From Trichoplax sp. H2 (Eukaryota), in contig NOWV01000310.1 of NCBI GenBank assembly GCA_003344405.1, forward strand, positions 1-53,905: a DNA stretch of 53,905 nucleotides, in the 5' to 3' direction. This document shows, one piece after another, positions 13,783 to 28,192 of the stretch. Each line of letters starts with the position of its first letter. Positions within the stretch are counted from its first letter, which is position 1. The position numbers and the translations under genes were made by a program. A model generated the notes under the pieces. The model had not been told where the DNA came from and did no database searches. It saw only the letters and a list, made by a program, of their open reading frames with translations.

Positions 13783-15163
13783 CGAATGTCTCATTATTAT
13801 TTTGCACATTTAAGACATTAACGTGTATATTCTCGAAACTTTGTATAAATCAACTACAGTATTACCAAGACAAGAAGATCGCTACTTCCCACGATTAGAT
13901 CATATTATTATCAGATGAATATGACGCAGGTAATATCAACACAGGGAAATGATTTACCTTCGGTGCATTGAGAATATTTCGTAATTGTAAACTGAAAAGT
14001 CTCAATATCTCAATAGAACATGCTAGGAAAACCCTTTTGCATATTAATCGTACATGTATATACGTATATATACTGTATATACTATATCCATTTATATAAA
14101 TTAATTACACGAATATACTGAAAATCATATCTAGTTAATGTATTATAGAGTTCAAATTGATAGATACGAGATTGCCATTGGAGTACTGTTTGTATCAATT
14201 GCGTTAATATCTGGGTACTTGGCACATGATCAACATTATTAAATTTTTTACATAGTATAAAGCTTAAATCTTGTTTTATCTGATCAAATATATTATAAAA
14301 TATATTAGGAAGTTTAATAAACAAATTTATATTACAAAATATTATTATAAAGCTTTGATATAGTTTGCACAGGTACTGCATATCTCATGGTATCATAAAT
14401 AGCCGACGGTAAGTTATTCGATAGTGACATGCATCGTAAACTTCATTATTGACATAACTATGTCTAAATTTAATTCACTTCTTAGCTAAGAAAGTGACGT
14501 AATAATATTTCGTAAAATTTACTATTTCTCTATATTTTATGTTTGTTGCACTACAATTACATGACTGTCTCCGGTGTGTCTAACTTATTAGCGAGATTTT
14601 TGGCGAATTCTGACATTGTTTATTTCAAAAACACTATGGTTAAAAACGTGTTTGAAGTTACTCTATTCTATTAGGGCTAGCTTTCGCTCATTCACAACAA
14701 CTGTACGCAATTAGAAAACCATAATTGACGTCGTAGCAGTAACTAAACCCCGATAAGGAGTTTTATTGTAATCTTCTTCACATAACATGCCAGTTTTTTT
14801 CAATTCAAAACTTTAAATTTATCAAGTAGAAAATCAATTTCAACTTACATTCCATTTACTTAAATCTTGTACGATCTTCAATAATTACAGTCTATCACTA
14901 TTGAAAACTACATCATCGATACTCTTTCGCTAATTTAAATACTAAAACTGACAATCTATAATTAAATGTACTTTTCCCTCTAGTTGATCACAGGTATAGA
15001 AATTAAACAATTTGATTCTTGCTTCTACGTATAGTTGGAACGTCATCATCAAACAAAATAGCGAATTGTAACCATCTCTATTAAAATTTCTCTGTTTTTC
15101 GTTTATCTGCAAATAAATATCTTATTGCAAGACGTTCGTCAGTTCAAGTAAAAAGTTTCTCCT

Positions 15164-18100
15164 TCATGGTCCTAAAGTGTTTCTGTTCAATGTATTTGAA
15201 ATATGCAACTGTCCCATTTGACCTGTCAATTGAGTTGGCGTTATCTGGTGCACAGGGGCAACACCAGATTGATCAAGAGCATTTCCAGTAGATCCAGCCA
15301 TCTGAACCGGTCCCTGCATAGTCATTAAATTCATTTATTTGCAATAACGATTAATAAAAACTCGAAGTTGATAATATAACTTATTTATACGTAGTAGCAA
15401 TATCCGAATCTATTATATATTGTAAATGCTTAAATACCTGGTTCATTTGTATGTAAGCCGGAGGTGAAATCCAATTGTAACTTACGGGATAAGGAGGCAT
15501 TGGAGTTCCCAAGCTAGGCATATAAGCCGGCTAAGAAATGACGATAATATTGTTGCTGAGTGTACTCGAAACACTACATCTTGCAAAATTTTTAGTTGCT
15601 AATGTAATATTTACCTGGCCAGTAGCCATAGTTACATTTGGAGACATTACCATATTTCGCGGCTGCATCGGATTACTAAAGTAATTTAATTAGCACATAT
15701 AACGTCAACCTTTGAAGTGTAATTAAATTTATACTTTTAGAAATTAGTAGCAAGTATACATTACCCACCTATTTTGTATAATGTTATGTTCATTATAGTT
15801 CTGATAATTCTGTAAAGTGTTAACAATTCACAACGAATTAGTGACCACGTTCCGCTACGAGTCGCCCGAAAAGTTGTCTTGGTAGTAATCAACACTATAG
15901 ATTCATTTACTACTTACCTCAGGATTCTTTCTTATCCATTGCTTTCTTTCTATTGTTTACATAAAAAAATAGTATACTCAGAAGATCACTTTAATGTGAA
16001 TTATTAATAGATAGCAAAATACCTTACCTGGCCTATTTGACACCTTTTGATTATTAAGGTGTGGAAGGCGCTTCTTTGTATTAGTATCCGCAAACTTGCA
16101 AACTAGTGGTTGGGTATTGCCGGGCAAATAGTTTCCATTGAAATTTTTGATCACATTTTCACAAGTTTCTGTGTTGTCCATTCTATGATATAGTCAAGGA
16201 GGACATTTACGAAAATCACCTCGAAGAATTACGAAAATATCAATATGAGATTTTTAGCAGCATTATTTTGTTACCGTGCGAATCCAACACCCTTGCTGTT
16301 ACCAAGATCATCTTTTAATATTCTAGTAGAGATAACATTTCCGAAAGGTCTTAACATCGAGTCTAGATCCTACCGACAACAATATCATTTGGGTCAGTTT
16401 TACTTAATCCGATAATAAAGTGATAACATCTTAAAACAGGGAGTGCTTAATAATAATATAAAATTACATTTTCAGCCATTGTTGGCGGCAAATTAGATAA
16501 ATATAAGTTAGTCAAATCCTGTTCCAGTGGCTGAAAAATATTAAATTTGATTACATTAAAAAGATATAGCAACATCATTAAAGTTACAAATGCAACTCCT
16601 ATTTTATGCTTAAAAAAATAGCGCATTACTTTACTATTGAGTCTCGCCATTTGGGCTAAAACACCGTCTTCAGTTAAATTCTTAATAGCAGCTTGAGCAG
16701 AGGTGGGACTATCAAAATCAACAAAACCATATCCTGTTCGAGGAATAAAAATTTACGAGTCGTTTAAGAATCCGAATAGCTATCATCAGGATATATGCAT
16801 AAACTATAACGTAGAAACTGCTATCACCTTTGCAGTCATTAGTATCTTTATCCAAAATAGCTTTTGTGGAAGTAATGCTGCCAAAGCTATCGAAATAATG
16901 TAGCCAATTGTTAATTCCTAGGCCAAGATCGTTATACTACATATCACTGATGGTTAGAGAATTACTCACCGGTGACATAAGTTTTGTAAATCAGTATCTG
17001 TAGTATTCGGTGGTAACCCTCGAATATAGATATTAGTAGAACTTAATTCTTCATTAGCAGGCATTGATTGTCGGTTACCATTGTTTCGATACATTTGTCG
17101 AGTGTGTTGCGGTTGATAATTCTAATATTCAAGTATGAAATATATTCCATTAATCCAAAAACGTGAAAGTTAATTAGACATGTAATTTACGGCCAGATTA
17201 CGCTTTAGCCTTATCGTTTTTAAAGACTACCATATCAATTAGTAGACAACAACAATGAAGTACGAATTGATCGAAAATTTTAAGATTATTTTACCATTTG
17301 CTGGTAGACAGCAAATCTTGGTCTTGCATTCGTATGCCATGGTTGTGAAGATACTTGCCAGTCGACCTGATGGGATACACGCTGGTTTGGGGATGGACGT
17401 CTTCCGGTATTGTTATACGAGCGCTGTTCATGACAGTAAAATTGTAATATAGTGAAAATGTTGGTATATTAATATTATGTTAAGAAAAGGTCTTTCGAAA
17501 ATTGAGAAACATTATACAGTTGCGTTAAAGCGATAGTAATAATATTGGCTATACCTATGATATTCTATAATAGCATTTCTCAATGTGCTGTGTTGTACTG
17601 TACTTTATATTACATGTACAGATATATTATATGAGATACTATCCTGTGATACACCTATCTAGTAGTCTAAGCTAGTAATAGACGTTCCTTTCAAAAGGTA
17701 ATTAAATATACGGTATGCTAGGGGTAAAGAGTCAAAGTTTGATACTAAAAGAGACTAAATTGTTACAACTATAAGCCTCTTTCATGAGGAAATACTTTAA
17801 ATCCTTCCCATTCCTTGAAAATATCAATCTATTTGAAGTAGTGAAATAAGCGTACAATTTATCCGATTGGATATCATGAAATGTTATTAATTCATCAAAG
17901 ACGTGTAAAACCTCAAGTGATAGGTAACAGTTTACAACGATGATTGTATCCAGTAAAATTGGGTATAGATAATAAGAATTTAGCTTTTTTTGTAAGAAAT
18001 TAAAAAGACATCCATCGAACTGTATGGAAATGATACTTGCTATTACAATTAAAAGTTCACTATTTACACCTAGTACGTGTGTTTAAATTGCATACAGTTA

Positions 18101-19448
18101 ACATCGACGTGCATGGAACTCTATCCACCGACAGGATGAGTTAATTTAATCGTTGTCATCGACTATCGTTTGTGATTGTAGCCAGCAAGGACAATAATTT
18201 AGCAGCAACGCAAGAGTACAACAGCATGATGTAATGATGATATAATCAAGATTATTGTTCTTAGGTAAGGTATAGCATGCTGTAAATGAAACATCTAATT
18301 GGTATAATCAATACCGACCTGCTTCTGCATTCCATTGAAAACGCCACTTCTCTTTGTATAACTTTTGGTGGACTAGATCAGAATAGAAAAATTAATTTGT
18401 TTTGTGTTATTTCTAATTAACCTTTAACCATGTTATTAATTAAATATATGGTATCCACAGTAAAAGAATAACTTGGAGCCCATTTCTATAGGAATAAAGA
18501 CTTTCCACTACGCTTATTATGTAGTTGAGATCTGATTTTCAATCTACTCTGGTAAGCTGGTCTCTTTTAATGTCATTATTTTGCAATGATCAGTTTGAAA
18601 TAGGGATTGGCTTCAACCTGTTGCTAGCCATCATTAGCAACTGAAATAGCCGGACGGTATAATTGATGGAAGAATAGATATCAATTTAAAAAAAATTGTT
18701 ATACATAACGATGGAATTACAGTAACAATTTTTGCCAATGTGTACATCTACTTATCCTGAATTGATGATCAACAAGAAAAAGTACAGTCTGCTAAGTTGA
18801 TTTACTGATGAACAGTGATGGCGTCAATCTATTAAGGACTTGTATACGAGTAGTAGGTGGAAAAATTCTTTGCAATAGTCCAGATCTCTCAAGTGATTTA
18901 AATTAGAAATATTCATTCATTGTAGGCCACATGCTCTTACAATTTTAACCATGGAAAAAAATGGGCCAAACGACTGTATTATATATACAATAAAATTTAT
19001 AGCAAGCATAGAAATGATCGATATCGATCAACTTTTCATGTTGTTGAAAAACTAGATTATAGTGATACTCGCTTACTTTTTGATCGTCCTTATTGCTGTC
19101 TTCATCTTGCGATGAGTGCGTAGGACCGTCTTGACTTTCACTGGCGCTGTTATTGTCTGTTGCAGTTTCTGGCGTCGTTTTCACATTTTCACGGTTACTA
19201 TCGTCCATGTCGCCATTGTCGTGAGGAGATTTTTGCTCTAGCATACCATTCAACTCTGGCTCACAAGCGTTCTCCTTGTTCTAACAAGTTCAACATAAAA
19301 ATGGTTCATAAATAATTCATACCAATGGATCTTTCCAATGCAATGTCCAAAAAATTTCCTTAACTCTAAATAATCAAATTAATGCTGTCAATCTGTAATT
19401 GTTTCCGATAGCGATATGATACCTTTGCTATTTTAATACCCTGCCCAT
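15164..19448 (-). CDS. RBMS1: RBMS family (MSSP/alan shepard) RNA-binding protein with two RRMs and a Pro/Gln/Met-rich C-terminus; about 15 coding exons, start codon tentative
   Basis: Spliced exons read [65 protein letters not shown]...[38 protein letters not shown]...[24 protein letters not shown]...PLVCKFAD, the diagnostic RBMS1/2/3-Shep RRM pair. Stop TGA at 15166-15164. Upstream exons at 19280-19077 and 19472-19440 (ATG at 19448). Likely co-ortholog of RBMS1/2/3. Confidence 0.92.
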
Positions 19449-22400
19449 CAAATAGCTCTGAGTACAAGTTGGCTAAGATTACGCGATAAAAAAAATAGAT
19501 TAAAAAAATAAAAAATAAAGATGGAAGTAAATGACATTGGCTCTAGTCAAATAGCTGGATTCTTTCTCTAAATCGATATTCAGATCTTTGATCTATTCCT
19601 AGCTACTGTACGTGGTAGCGTTAAAGTAGTGTCAAATACTGTGGAAAGTACGATGCAGCTCGACCAGTTGGTCAATAAATTGGAGAATAAATTAGATTGA
19701 AATCGAAGAACAAAAATGATGGATACGCGTACTTTTTTAGCGTTAAAATGGTGTCAAATAATATAGAAAGTATTACCGTCACTACAGTTCCATTAATCAA
19801 TTCGAGAGTAGATCAGATTGTAATGAACGCAATAAGCATCATCAATATGTGAAGTATACCCAAAGTCCCTGACTACACCATTATTAAAATAGAGTAAATT
19901 GCACCCATTCGTAGCTCCATCGATTAATCAGATCATGGATTAAAGGGCAATAAAAATGCTTGATATGGGTAGTTAGTTATAGTCACGCAATAGCAATAGC
20001 TTGTAGTCTGAAAATGAAATAATTCAACTCGTCATTGCTAGAACTTGAACATCCTAAAAATATTGCTGTTAGTTGTATTAACGGAAAAGAGTGTCATTAC
20101 AATTTACAACGGTTCAAATGATACCTTAAAGTTAGGTCTAGGTCAAGATCATTTCTCTTACGAGTAATTAAAAATGGAGTGTTGAATTCAAAGAGTAAGT
20201 TAATAGAAGGCAAATTTTCAATATTACAACAATCTCAAATTAACGAATTAAAGGGTTAAAAGAGATACGGTCGACACAATTTCATCTTCTTATGTTATTA
20301 TAAAGTATCCCTAGCATTCAAGCCATTATCTAGGCCCTAGTACAGTTTTAGTTCTGTCACTAATATTGAAATCTTCAATTTCTATCACTACCCGATATTA
20401 TCATCATGTTTATCTACAGTAGTTCTACTGTGGATCGATAAAGAATGGTCAAAAAAAATTTGGATAAACGATGATTAGTGTTGGTCATGAATATAATCGA
20501 TTGTTTCACGATGTCTAAACTCCAGCGTAGAACTCATCACTGAAAATTGGCTACAACACTTTACGTCCATAAGTCAGGAGAAAAATAATGAAATAAGTTG
20601 TATCCGGATATTCTAGTAGAGCGATAAATTAATATCATTGCTACACGTATTTTTCAAGCATTTTTTTATACCACGATCGGGTACTGTTAACCTGTTGTAG
20701 TCTTAGCACGACATGAACGATTTGAAAGCACGGCAGCCATCGGGGGCTGATTGATGTTGAACGTAATTTGCAAAATTGGCTGCCATGCACAGCTGCTATC
20801 CATCCACATAGCAATCAATCATGTGCGCTTATAAAAAATGAAAAAAATTCTACAGTATTTGCAGTATTAAAAGGTCATCAGTGTTAGCTGCATGGCTAAT
20901 CGTAGCGATTATAGCATGACTAAAATATGAAGGTGTGGAATGGCCTTCTTTAACATGATGATGAATCATTTATACACGCGCTGGTCTTGCCTAGCTTTTA
21001 AGCTGATAGCAATATAAATAATGTTAATTAACACCTTATCCAATAACTAACTGCATGGCAACACGAGTGATTTCAATTTTTTACCACAGGCGATACTATA
21101 CAGTACTGTAGCAATCCATAGAAGAAAATAATACATTGTTTACACAACGATATTCAACTTGTTAGCCAGCATAATTCATTTCTTGTCAAGAAAAATGGTG
21201 ATTCTACTCTGTCGACTGGCATTGGAAATGTTGCGCTCAAGATGAAAGCATATCTGTCTATGCTATTGATAAAGAGATACAAGCTGAAATACAGTCAATG
21301 TGGATAGGAATGAAGAATCCATCGGTATAGAGAGAAGCGCCAATGATTTCATGTATGTACTTCGCTAAAAAGCTGAGCATGATTGCATTGAAATCAACGC
21401 TACCATGGCATTTTACTACGTGATTGTCATGATTTCAAACCTGAAATGATTACTCATCCTTCAAGTAATGTATATCAATTGGCAAGAAAATGGCAAGATT
21501 GGCTATTAACTTGGTTGTTGTAGTATATTACCATTTTGGATGTTGGAGAAGAAGGAATTGGAAGAAAGGGCGAAGACGGACTTGCGAGCTAATTTTTCTC
21601 TCTTCCAACTGTCATTTCTCACCCTGTTCAACTGTAGAATTTGTATTACTTGCAGCACAGCATGACTATCCAAGTTGAAAAATAACTAGCACTAATTTCC
21701 TTTGCCATTCTAACTGGCAGGTGGGCGAGTTAATTATCTCAGTCTTATTGTTTTCATTACAACTATAGTGTGGGAATGCGGTTCTATTTTTTGAACCTTG
21801 TGTCTGTAAAGAAAGGGTAGGAGGAGAGTGGAGAAAATAACTGTCCACAACAACGAAATAATTGTTAGTAAAATGGAGTAAATGTACAACGTTCAATTCT
21901 TGTGCCTAGTATAACTTTTGCCATGATAAAATATCACTCATGGCCAAGGTGGATTGGATACTAAGGGTTGAAAAAGAGTTTGATTACGAAGGAAGAGCCA
22001 ATCCAGTAACAAGATTGAGCTCTTTGCCTACTCTTTGCCACAAGTTATCATTTCTTCATGATATGTTCGAGGGTAGACGGTCGGAAGGAAAACTTGAAAA
22101 ATAAACTGTTTTCTACTCATTGACATTAAGGCGGACCATAGAAACAGGGAATGGAAATTATAATTGAATTTTACAAAGATAAAAATGAAAAATCAATCAA
22201 ATAGGCCTGTAACAATCCATGTTGCCTTCTTATTAATTATTATCAACGGGTAGTATTCAATCAGAGACTATCTTGTACAGTATGAAACACGTATTTTTCG
22301 TGATGGAATATGGGACATTTAGATGAGAAAACGATTTGACTGTAATGGCATTATTTCATGATGTCAGCAGGCTTCCCTTTTTGAAGTAATTGCATGATGC

Positions 22401-25400
22401 CTGTAAAAAGACCACTCTTGTCCCGTTTTAGAGTTCTGTTTTACTTCATTATATCAATCTCATTTTAAGAGCATCAGGTAGAAATAGTCTCATTTTACGT
22501 TAAGTTTTGCTCTTCCAACTATCTTCAGATACCATTTCTGTTGTAGTAAGAGTTTTCATGTGTCTAGCAACTGGTATTTATTTTCTACTATGGGCAACTT
22601 TCAATCTAAAACAAGTTTTCCATCGTAGGTAGGCAATGATCCGTGATTTGATTTCAACAGTATTGTATTGATAACTCAAAACCAACTCAGTAGACAAGTA
22701 ATGCTACATTTAAAATTTCATGGTAGCTTAATAGCTTGGATGGATAATCACCTTTCATGACATTTTAACCTTAACACGGTAACAATTTGACTTTAAGCTA
22801 TCTCTCAATCCTGATACTATCTAAATTTGATATTTTGGATGGAGAGCTTATGACTTTCAATCTATGCGTATTTCCCTTTGAACGATTGACATCAATCGTA
22901 GAGGTTTTCTGTCCTAGTTCTACTTTATCCCTGGAGGAAATAGTAAAACAACTTGTCATCATTTTATTTCCCACCTACCGCAGCAAGCCATCCCTTGCGT
23001 GATAATATTACTCCATTTTACAAGTAAAACTATTTTTGCTCTAGCACATGGTATATTGACCTAAAGTCAAAAATTGGGTCATGATAAACAGTCCATTTCA
23101 TTTATAGGATCTACATTTCGTAATATTTTACAGTTGATAACAGTATTTCTTGTGATGCAATCATAAGAAATACTATACATAGCAGTCGCTTTAGCCGTGA
23201 ATGGTGATATCCTTGTTCAGTATACTGATTGATCATGTTGAATACAGTCCTACTGTCGGAAATAGGCAATCAATAACCCTCTGCAGGTTCATTCGATTTT
23301 GACATATTGAAATGATTCTTCTGCTTGTCTTTTCTCAATTCTTCTCTTTGATTACACGTGCTTAACATTGGCCATTGTACATGCTGCGTCTTGAATCAAA
23401 TTTGATGATCATTTACAACTGTGCGGCAATAGGATGTCCACACGTGTATCCTAGGGTGTTGGTAGCTATGATACAGTAGTAGGTGCCCAATATAGATGGA
23501 GGATGGCGAATTTGTGGTACCATCATGAGATGAATTCTTGGACCATGTGGATAGGGCTAAGAAATACTTTTTATTACAGAGGTACAGTCTGTCTGGAGAA
23601 GCGCAGTATGTGATAGTTTCTAAGTTAGTATACAATGATTCTCTTTTGTGAGGAAAGAATTCGATTTTCCTTCATTTCTATCACGACAGAATTGTTGACT
23701 ACCGGTTTAATGTCTGGTAGAAGCAGGTGATGTGGCAATTTATTTAAACAGGCGCGTACTGTATTATATGCTACGTCCAGCTTTCTATTCTAATTTCGCT
23801 TTAGAAACTTAGAGGAGATCACTTTGCAGTGTTGAATGGTGCCTTTCCTTTCGTAACATATCAATAACTCTCTACTGTGCTTCTAGAAGTATACATTCAA
23901 TTGCGTCCATGCTAAATTTCTCATCGATGACTGTCAAGATTGAATATTGTCTCTCTTCCAATGGGATGACCATGTTGAAAAGCTTCTACTGTATTGATGC
24001 TGTATAATTCCTCTACGTTAACGCTAACGATTGATTATTGCCTTTTATATTGGAAAAGAATGACAACTTGACTCGATCTTTACTGTATGGATAAGTGTCA
24101 CGAAAATCGCTTTCCTACAGTCATTTCGGCGAGATCAACTCGGGAGATTGAGTCCTGTCTTCCTTGCAATCAAATGGTAATGTGGATACGCATCTACTGT
24201 ACTCCTATTTTCAATATCGACTTGATGTTGAATTTACAGTAAGATAACTTTGGAGGTGGAACCATAAACTAGTGTTATCTTGGCAATGATACTACTATTG
24301 AATCAACATTGTATTTTCAAGTTAGCTGAAAATCAATCAGCGACCGTAACTTTAAAATTAAAATAGCCCCGTTCGATACTTTGATAGGGTGGAATTTCTT
24401 GGCTTTCTTGATATGTGCAAGCATGCTACAGTAATAAATGTCCTTCTTGATCCTCTTGGTGTGGATCTAGTGAATTGGATATTGAAGTGAAGTGATAGTA
24501 TTGATGTTAACATTACAATTCTGATAGAAAGAATGCATTTGTGAGGGAAATTTTGCATTACGGCTATTTGAAATGAATGGATTGCATCGATTATAATGCA
24601 CTGTTATCCTCATAGTAAAGCGGTTGCATTTTGTATGTTTAGGATTGATTTTTTATACTTGGATCCAGTTCATTTTTATACTACGCGTATATACTTGGTG
24701 TTGCTTCAAATTCAAGCCAATCATCATCTTGATACCGTAGGATAGCGATCAATATTGACACAGTTATTGATCATTTTAATTATAAGTAATTAATTAATCT
24801 CCATTAATTAATTAGGATCAAGTTTTACTATAGCGTCTTGCGAGTAATGTCATGATCCAATTGACCTTGATCAAATGATAATAAGACAAACACGCAGTAT
24901 TGACTCCACCATCGATGATGGCAAACCCTTGACATCCAGTATGCTAGTACAGTTGTAGGTGGTCCATTGGATCACACTTGTATCGACCGTAGACTAAACT
25001 ATCATTATCGTTGATCAATGCTAATGCTAATATAGCGATTGGTCGATCGCTAAGCTAATATACTACTGGAGAAGACTGTTATATTGGCAATTTAGCATCG
25101 CTGACTACTGCAAAGTCACCGCGTGAGCGTACTATTCGTAGTCATTACCGTCACTGCTGCAAACAAGTTGAAGAAAATGCATTCTAAAATCCAATCCATG
25201 CTGCAATGCTACCATCCTATTATGCCTAGAATACAGTAGCTATTGTGTTAGCCCATAGTAAACAGATCATTTCATTTTTGTACATGGCATAAAATCATCA
25301 TTGAGGCCTTCTTATCCTCCATAATTCATTCATGAATTGAACTTTATAAGGGAGAAAATGGCTGATGACTGCGCTACACCAACAACTCTCAGTAGCCAGA

Positions 25401-27386
25401 CTGTTGTCATGAATGACGCCATCGTCTGCGTTGTCTCCATGGTGATCGGTAAAACCACGCCTCATGTTGCTGCCTATGGGACAAGATGGACGGAGTGACA
25501 GTGGACTCTCATGCAGTACAGTACCAGATTGTCAACAACTCGACGATACACAAACCAGCGCTACGGTACTACCCGGGTAAGCATACTGTCAATAGAATCA
25601 ATGCTAATTTGTACTGTCAATAGTATTATCTTCTTAACCAATTGACTAAAGCATCACATGGTTGGGATATCAAATTCTCGACTTTTATCCAGGGCAAAAA
25701 CATAGATCTCACTTTATAATCGTCCAAGATAGGATAGAAGGGGGGAAAAAAATGAATGCAAATAGAATCGTTGTGACTAAGAAGGAGTTCATTATGCATG
25801 GACAAGACGATAGGATTGGATCGCCCAAGTTACAATAACACTACCGATGGAATGAACAAGGTTGACTTCAGTATACAACACTGATTCAAGTTGGCGTCCA
25901 AGTCTTTTCATACAATTGTCAATAGGCAAAGACACAAATAACAAAAGTAGAGTTGTTCCTTTTTCTATACATCAGACAGTAATTTACTTTACAGGACGGT
26001 ATTATCTAGTCGTCACATTCTCTCCATTAAATTGACTGTGTAGATTAAAATTAACCTACTGTCAATATTAGCATATCCTTCAGTAGCAATCATTCTTGGC
26101 CTACCTGATTGTGGTCAACAGCTCCACTAGCGATAGAGTGATTTTCAACTTCATTTTCTGCCATAGCTTATGAATTAGATGCCAATCGAGGTGGGACGCT
26201 TTCCAACTTTGATGCGATGATAATATACTGTACTGCTGTAATCGAAAGAAGCAATCATCACTTTTTCTAATTTAGCATAATAAACAATTACTGTTCGTTA
26301 TATCTACAAAGCATAATAATACACTTGTACATCTATTATATCCTGTATAAAACCAATGCTTAGAGACGTACTCAACATAATCAAAAAAAATAATTTGAAA
26401 AAAAATAATAACAGTTATCAATGTTGGTTGACTGTTGTATCATGTTGCAACTACAGGCAAGTCCATTAAGAAATAAAATGGATGATGATAATAACTTTTT
26501 ATTGCCAGTTGTAATCAACTTGCTCTTGTTTACTATTAGCCACTATCTCTACGGTGAAGATTGCAGTTTGCAACAAAGTAGCTTATAATTAAGTTAAAAC
26601 ATCACCGGATTAATGGTAAAGGTAAAAGAATGATTTCTAACCTAGACGCGAAAGTGATATCAGGCGCTGCAATCCAAGAAAGATGACGATGGTAGTCGCA
26701 ATACTGCACAAGTGTACAGCAAGATAACCCCCAATTTTTTAAATCTTGACAAATACGTTGGCTTGACTAGTTGCAAGTTTTTCAATCACACAAGGCGATA
26801 GCTACAATTTGTCAATTAATATCGTCTACCTTGAGCCAGTACAAGATTGATTTCACAAGCACGTTTCATGGCTACATCAAGTAATTATGATTTAATATCA
26901 TGATTAATCATACTATTAATACAAGCTTGCATCAATGAAAATAGACTAGGCTAAACTAAATGATACCTATGGGAATGCTTAGCATCATGAATGATTATCA
27001 TCATCGATGCCTTGGCTGTAAAATTGAACTTATAAACTTACATTCAATCCATCACGACTGTATTATAACCAAGTCAAAAAGCTCAAGATCTAATAATCTA
27101 ATCTATTTATAGTACAGACTCTCTCTCCACAAAATTGCATCCCCTTTACAAAACGTTGATTAATAATAAAAAGCATGACCTTTACACTGTAACTGTGAAA
27201 GTTACAACATTTAATTTGATTCAAATGATCAATTTGCATCCTTTTGCCTCTCTCTTTCCTATACCATGTATGACAACGCCGCCTTAACAGCGCACCCGTT
27301 GTACGCTATTTACACTGACGGTCGGTCATCTTTCAATGCAAAATTACCTCTACGCTACTATATTATCGCTTCATGAAATTACTTAC

Positions 27387-28192
27387 AGCGTTTTTTTCCT
27401 TGGATGTTGAAACGCTTGAACCTGTCTTGGTTGGCCGCTACGGATTTGTTGTCCGTCTACTATACGCTGAAATTGCGATCGACTTGATGGAAGAAGTTCG
27501 TTGACTGTCCTTCTCCCTTGACTGATGAGCTATGCCACGGGGGCGGCAACAACTATACTGTATAACTTTGGTGGCAATTTTTTTTTTCGATCTGAATGCT
27601 TTGTATCAATGTCAATCTCAATACTGTACTACTATAAACTCTTCTTTATGATACAATCACTTGATGGAGGCAGCGATGACTGAGCGCTTGAAGAAAATCG
27701 CAATCAAAATAACAGTGGAAAATCTCCATATTCATACCATAGATTAGACAGCCTTTTAATTGCTTCATAATATCATTCTATTATGTGAAGCTGGCGCCAT
27801 GCATCTGTACTTCTCCATTGTCGCTACGGTTTTAACATAACAATAGTAACCTACTGACTAGTGTATACAGGAAACAACAATATAAAAATGGCTGTAATAG
27901 GCAGACAACGATGGGTGGAAAGAAAAGAATATTCTACTAAATGTAGTCTTATGGATACCGTATATTGTCTTGCAGAGTGAAAAAAGTCTTATCACCAAGC
28001 TTGAAGGAAGACTTTACCTCGATGCCATTCCTTCGACGTTACGTCCAAACTGCTGATGTAAACTTTCCGTATTTGGCTGCCTGATCGAGTGTTGCATGGC
28101 GTAGATGGACGATTATTCTCCATCGAGTGGATTTGATCTGGCGGACGTTCATTAGCTAACCGAGTCGACGACATCAACGACGTCAGAGACAT
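27387..28192 (-). other. Two putative upstream (5' leader) exons of the RBMS gene: ~28192-28018 and 27529-27387
   Basis: GC-richer segments with canonical splice signals on the minus strand (donor GAG|GTAAAG at 28017; acceptor CATAG at 27530; donor GCT|GTAAGT at 27386). Same orientation as RBMS, with no other gene seen between them. Confidence 0.4.

Noticed and set aside
21049..21062. RFX X-box-like GTTGCCATG (minus strand)
   Set aside because: Only a half-site, far from the NEK10 start, and expected by chance.
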